Both the position numbers and the translations under genes were made by a program. 64,000 nt of DNA from Clostridia bacterium (GTDB lineage: Bacteria; Bacillota; Clostridia; DUPQ01). Location of the stretch: the NCBI GenBank assembly GCA_041678685.1, contig JBAYNV010000002.1, positions 246 to 64,245 on the forward strand, written 5' to 3'. The notes beneath the pieces were generated by a model. That model ran no database searches and had not been told where the DNA came from. It saw nothing but the letters and a program-made list of their open reading frames with translations. Of the stretch, positions 60,176-64,000 are shown in pieces; the first letter of the stretch is position 1, and each line of letters opens with the position of its first letter.

Positions 60176-61435
60176 ATGTACAGTACTGATAAGGGATATA
60201 AAATAGCTAAGGATTATTATAAACGATATGGCATCGATGTGGAAAAGGCCATAAAGATATGTGACAGTGTCCCCATATCCATACACTGCTGGCAGGGTGA
60301 TGATGTAGGAGGTTTTGAAAAGAAACCCGCTGACTTAAGCGGAGGGATACAGGTAACAGGCAATCATCCCGGTAAAGCAAGAACAGCTGATGAGCTCAGA
60401 TCTGATCTGGAATTTGCGATGAAGCATGTACCCGGAGTAAAAAAGGTCAATTTACATGCGAATTATCAGGAAGCGGACAGATTTGTCGACAGGGATGAAA
60501 TAAAACCTGAGCATTTTAAAAAGTGGGCTGACTGGGCGGTAGAAAAGGGGATCGGGCTGGATTTTAATCCGACATATTTCTCTCATCCCAAGAGTGCGAA
60601 CGGCACATTATCTGCTAAGGATGATTCAATAAGGGAATTCTGGATACGCCATGGCATAGCATGCGAAAAGATAGGTGAATATTTCTACGAAAGAACAGGA
60701 AAAGTATGTGTTGTGAACCACTGGACATCAGACGGTTCAAAAGAGATCCCGCAGGATACATTAGGCCCGAGAATGAGACTGAAAGACAGTTATGACAGGA
60801 TATTTGCTGCTACCAGGGACTGTAAAGGCGTAGTAAATGCAATTGAATCAAAACTCTTTGGTATCGGTTTGGAAAGCTATACGACAGGCAGCTTGGAATT
60901 CTGCATGGGATATGTACTGAGTAAAAAGAATCCTAATATAATCATCACTCTTGATACAGGACATTATCATCCTACTGAAATGGTTTCAGCAAAATTATCC
61001 GGTGTGTATACATTCCAGCAGTCATTGCTTCTGCACGTCAGCAGACCTGTAAGATGGGATTCGGACCATGTTGTAGCATTAGATGACGAGACAAAGGCTC
61101 TCTTTGAAGAGCTCGTTAAAATAAACAAGCTTAAGAACACATATGTGTCAACGGACTATTTTGATGGGTCTATAAACAGGGTAATGGCTTGGGTGACAGG
61201 ATTGAGAAACACGAGAAAAGCGATACTTGCAGCTTTGCTGCAGCCAAATGACCTTATACTTCAGGCAGAAAATGACGGTGATCTCAGTTCACGGCTGGCA
61301 ATAAGGGAAGAATTCAAATCTGCACCTTTCGGATTGGTTTGGGATCATTACTGTGATAAGAACGGATCCGGATCCGGTCTCTACTGGGTAACGGACATCA
61401 AGACATATGAAAACGATGTATTGAACAAGAGATAA
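60176..61435 (+). CDS. rhaA: L-rhamnose isomerase
   Basis: Near-colinear with E. coli RhaA: HCWQGDDVGGFE, GGIQVTGNHPGKAR, LDTGHYHPTE, LLHVSRPVRWDSDHVV. Confidence 0.9.
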   Translation: MYSTDKGYKIAKDYYKRYGIDVEKAIKICDSVPISIHCWQGDDVGGFEKKPADLSGGIQVTGNHPGKARTADELRSDLEFAMKHVPGVKKVNLHANYQEADRFVDRDEIKPEHFKKWADWAVEKGIGLDFNPTYFSHPKSANGTLSAKDDSIREFWIRHGIACEKIGEYFYERTGKVCVVNHWTSDGSKEIPQDTLGPRMRLKDSYDRIFAATRDCKGVVNAIESKLFGIGLESYTTGSLEFCMGYVLSKKNPNIIITLDTGHYHPTEMVSAKLSGVYTFQQSLLLHVSRPVRWDSDHVVALDDETKALFEELVKINKLKNTYVSTDYFDGSINRVMAWVTGLRNTRKAILAALLQPNDLILQAENDGDLSSRLAIREEFKSAPFGLVWDHYCDKNGSGSGLYWVTDIKTYENDVLNKR

Positions 61436-61440
61436 CATAC

Positions 61441-61472
61441 AAAAAGAACCGGTCAGCTGACCGGTTCTTTTT
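61441..61472. terminator. bidirectional rho-independent terminator between convergent rhaA and the GH2 gene
   Basis: Perfect 32-nt palindrome AAAAAGAACCGGTCAGCTGACCGGTTCTTTTT with A/T runs on both sides. Confidence 0.65.
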
Positions 61473-61487
61473 AAATCCAAACACTTA

Positions 61488-64000
<2,513 letters not shown>

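Overview
AT-rich Firmicutes (Clostridia-type) chromosomal segment, almost entirely + strand-coded and dominated by conserved housekeeping synteny. Blocks: rsmD-coaD; miaB-(ymcA/ricA-like)-mutS-mutL-miaA with convergent lexA; ackA-like/cca; lepA-hemW; pepF; the CIRCE-controlled hrcA-grpE-dnaK-dnaJ-prmA-rsmE heat-shock operon; htpG; single-chain purL; mltG-trmR-trhP; secG; ruvC-ruvA-ruvB-queH; serS-lysA-mtaD; rhaA; and a window-truncated GH2 beta-galactosidase. No rRNA, tRNA, CRISPR or recognisable mobile element was found. The one clearly accessory block is the first ~7.8 kb, a tightly spaced co-directional array. Its genes, in order: a SipW-type (ER/archaeal-type S26B) signal peptidase truncated by the window edge; a membrane-anchored McrB-family GTPase whose DNA-binding N-domain is replaced by TM helices plus a coiled coil; a 565-aa protein with a long Lys/Ala/Glu-rich helical tail; a second SipW-type signal peptidase; two small (membrane/coiled-coil) proteins; and a degenerate-GGDEF/EAL c-di-GMP phosphodiesterase sensor. 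This McrB-like GTPase with a partner, bracketed by paired signal peptidases, does not match any described restriction/defence or matrix-secretion system I know of and is the main candidate for an undescribed system. Secondary oddities are a ProC-RNase HI fusion ORF translationally coupled to a SUV3-family helicase, a Cys-rich tail on the YmcA/RicA-like protein, and QueH coupled to a homocysteine-methyltransferase-domain protein with an unknown C-terminal extension. All calls are from reading motifs in the supplied translations; no database searches were run.
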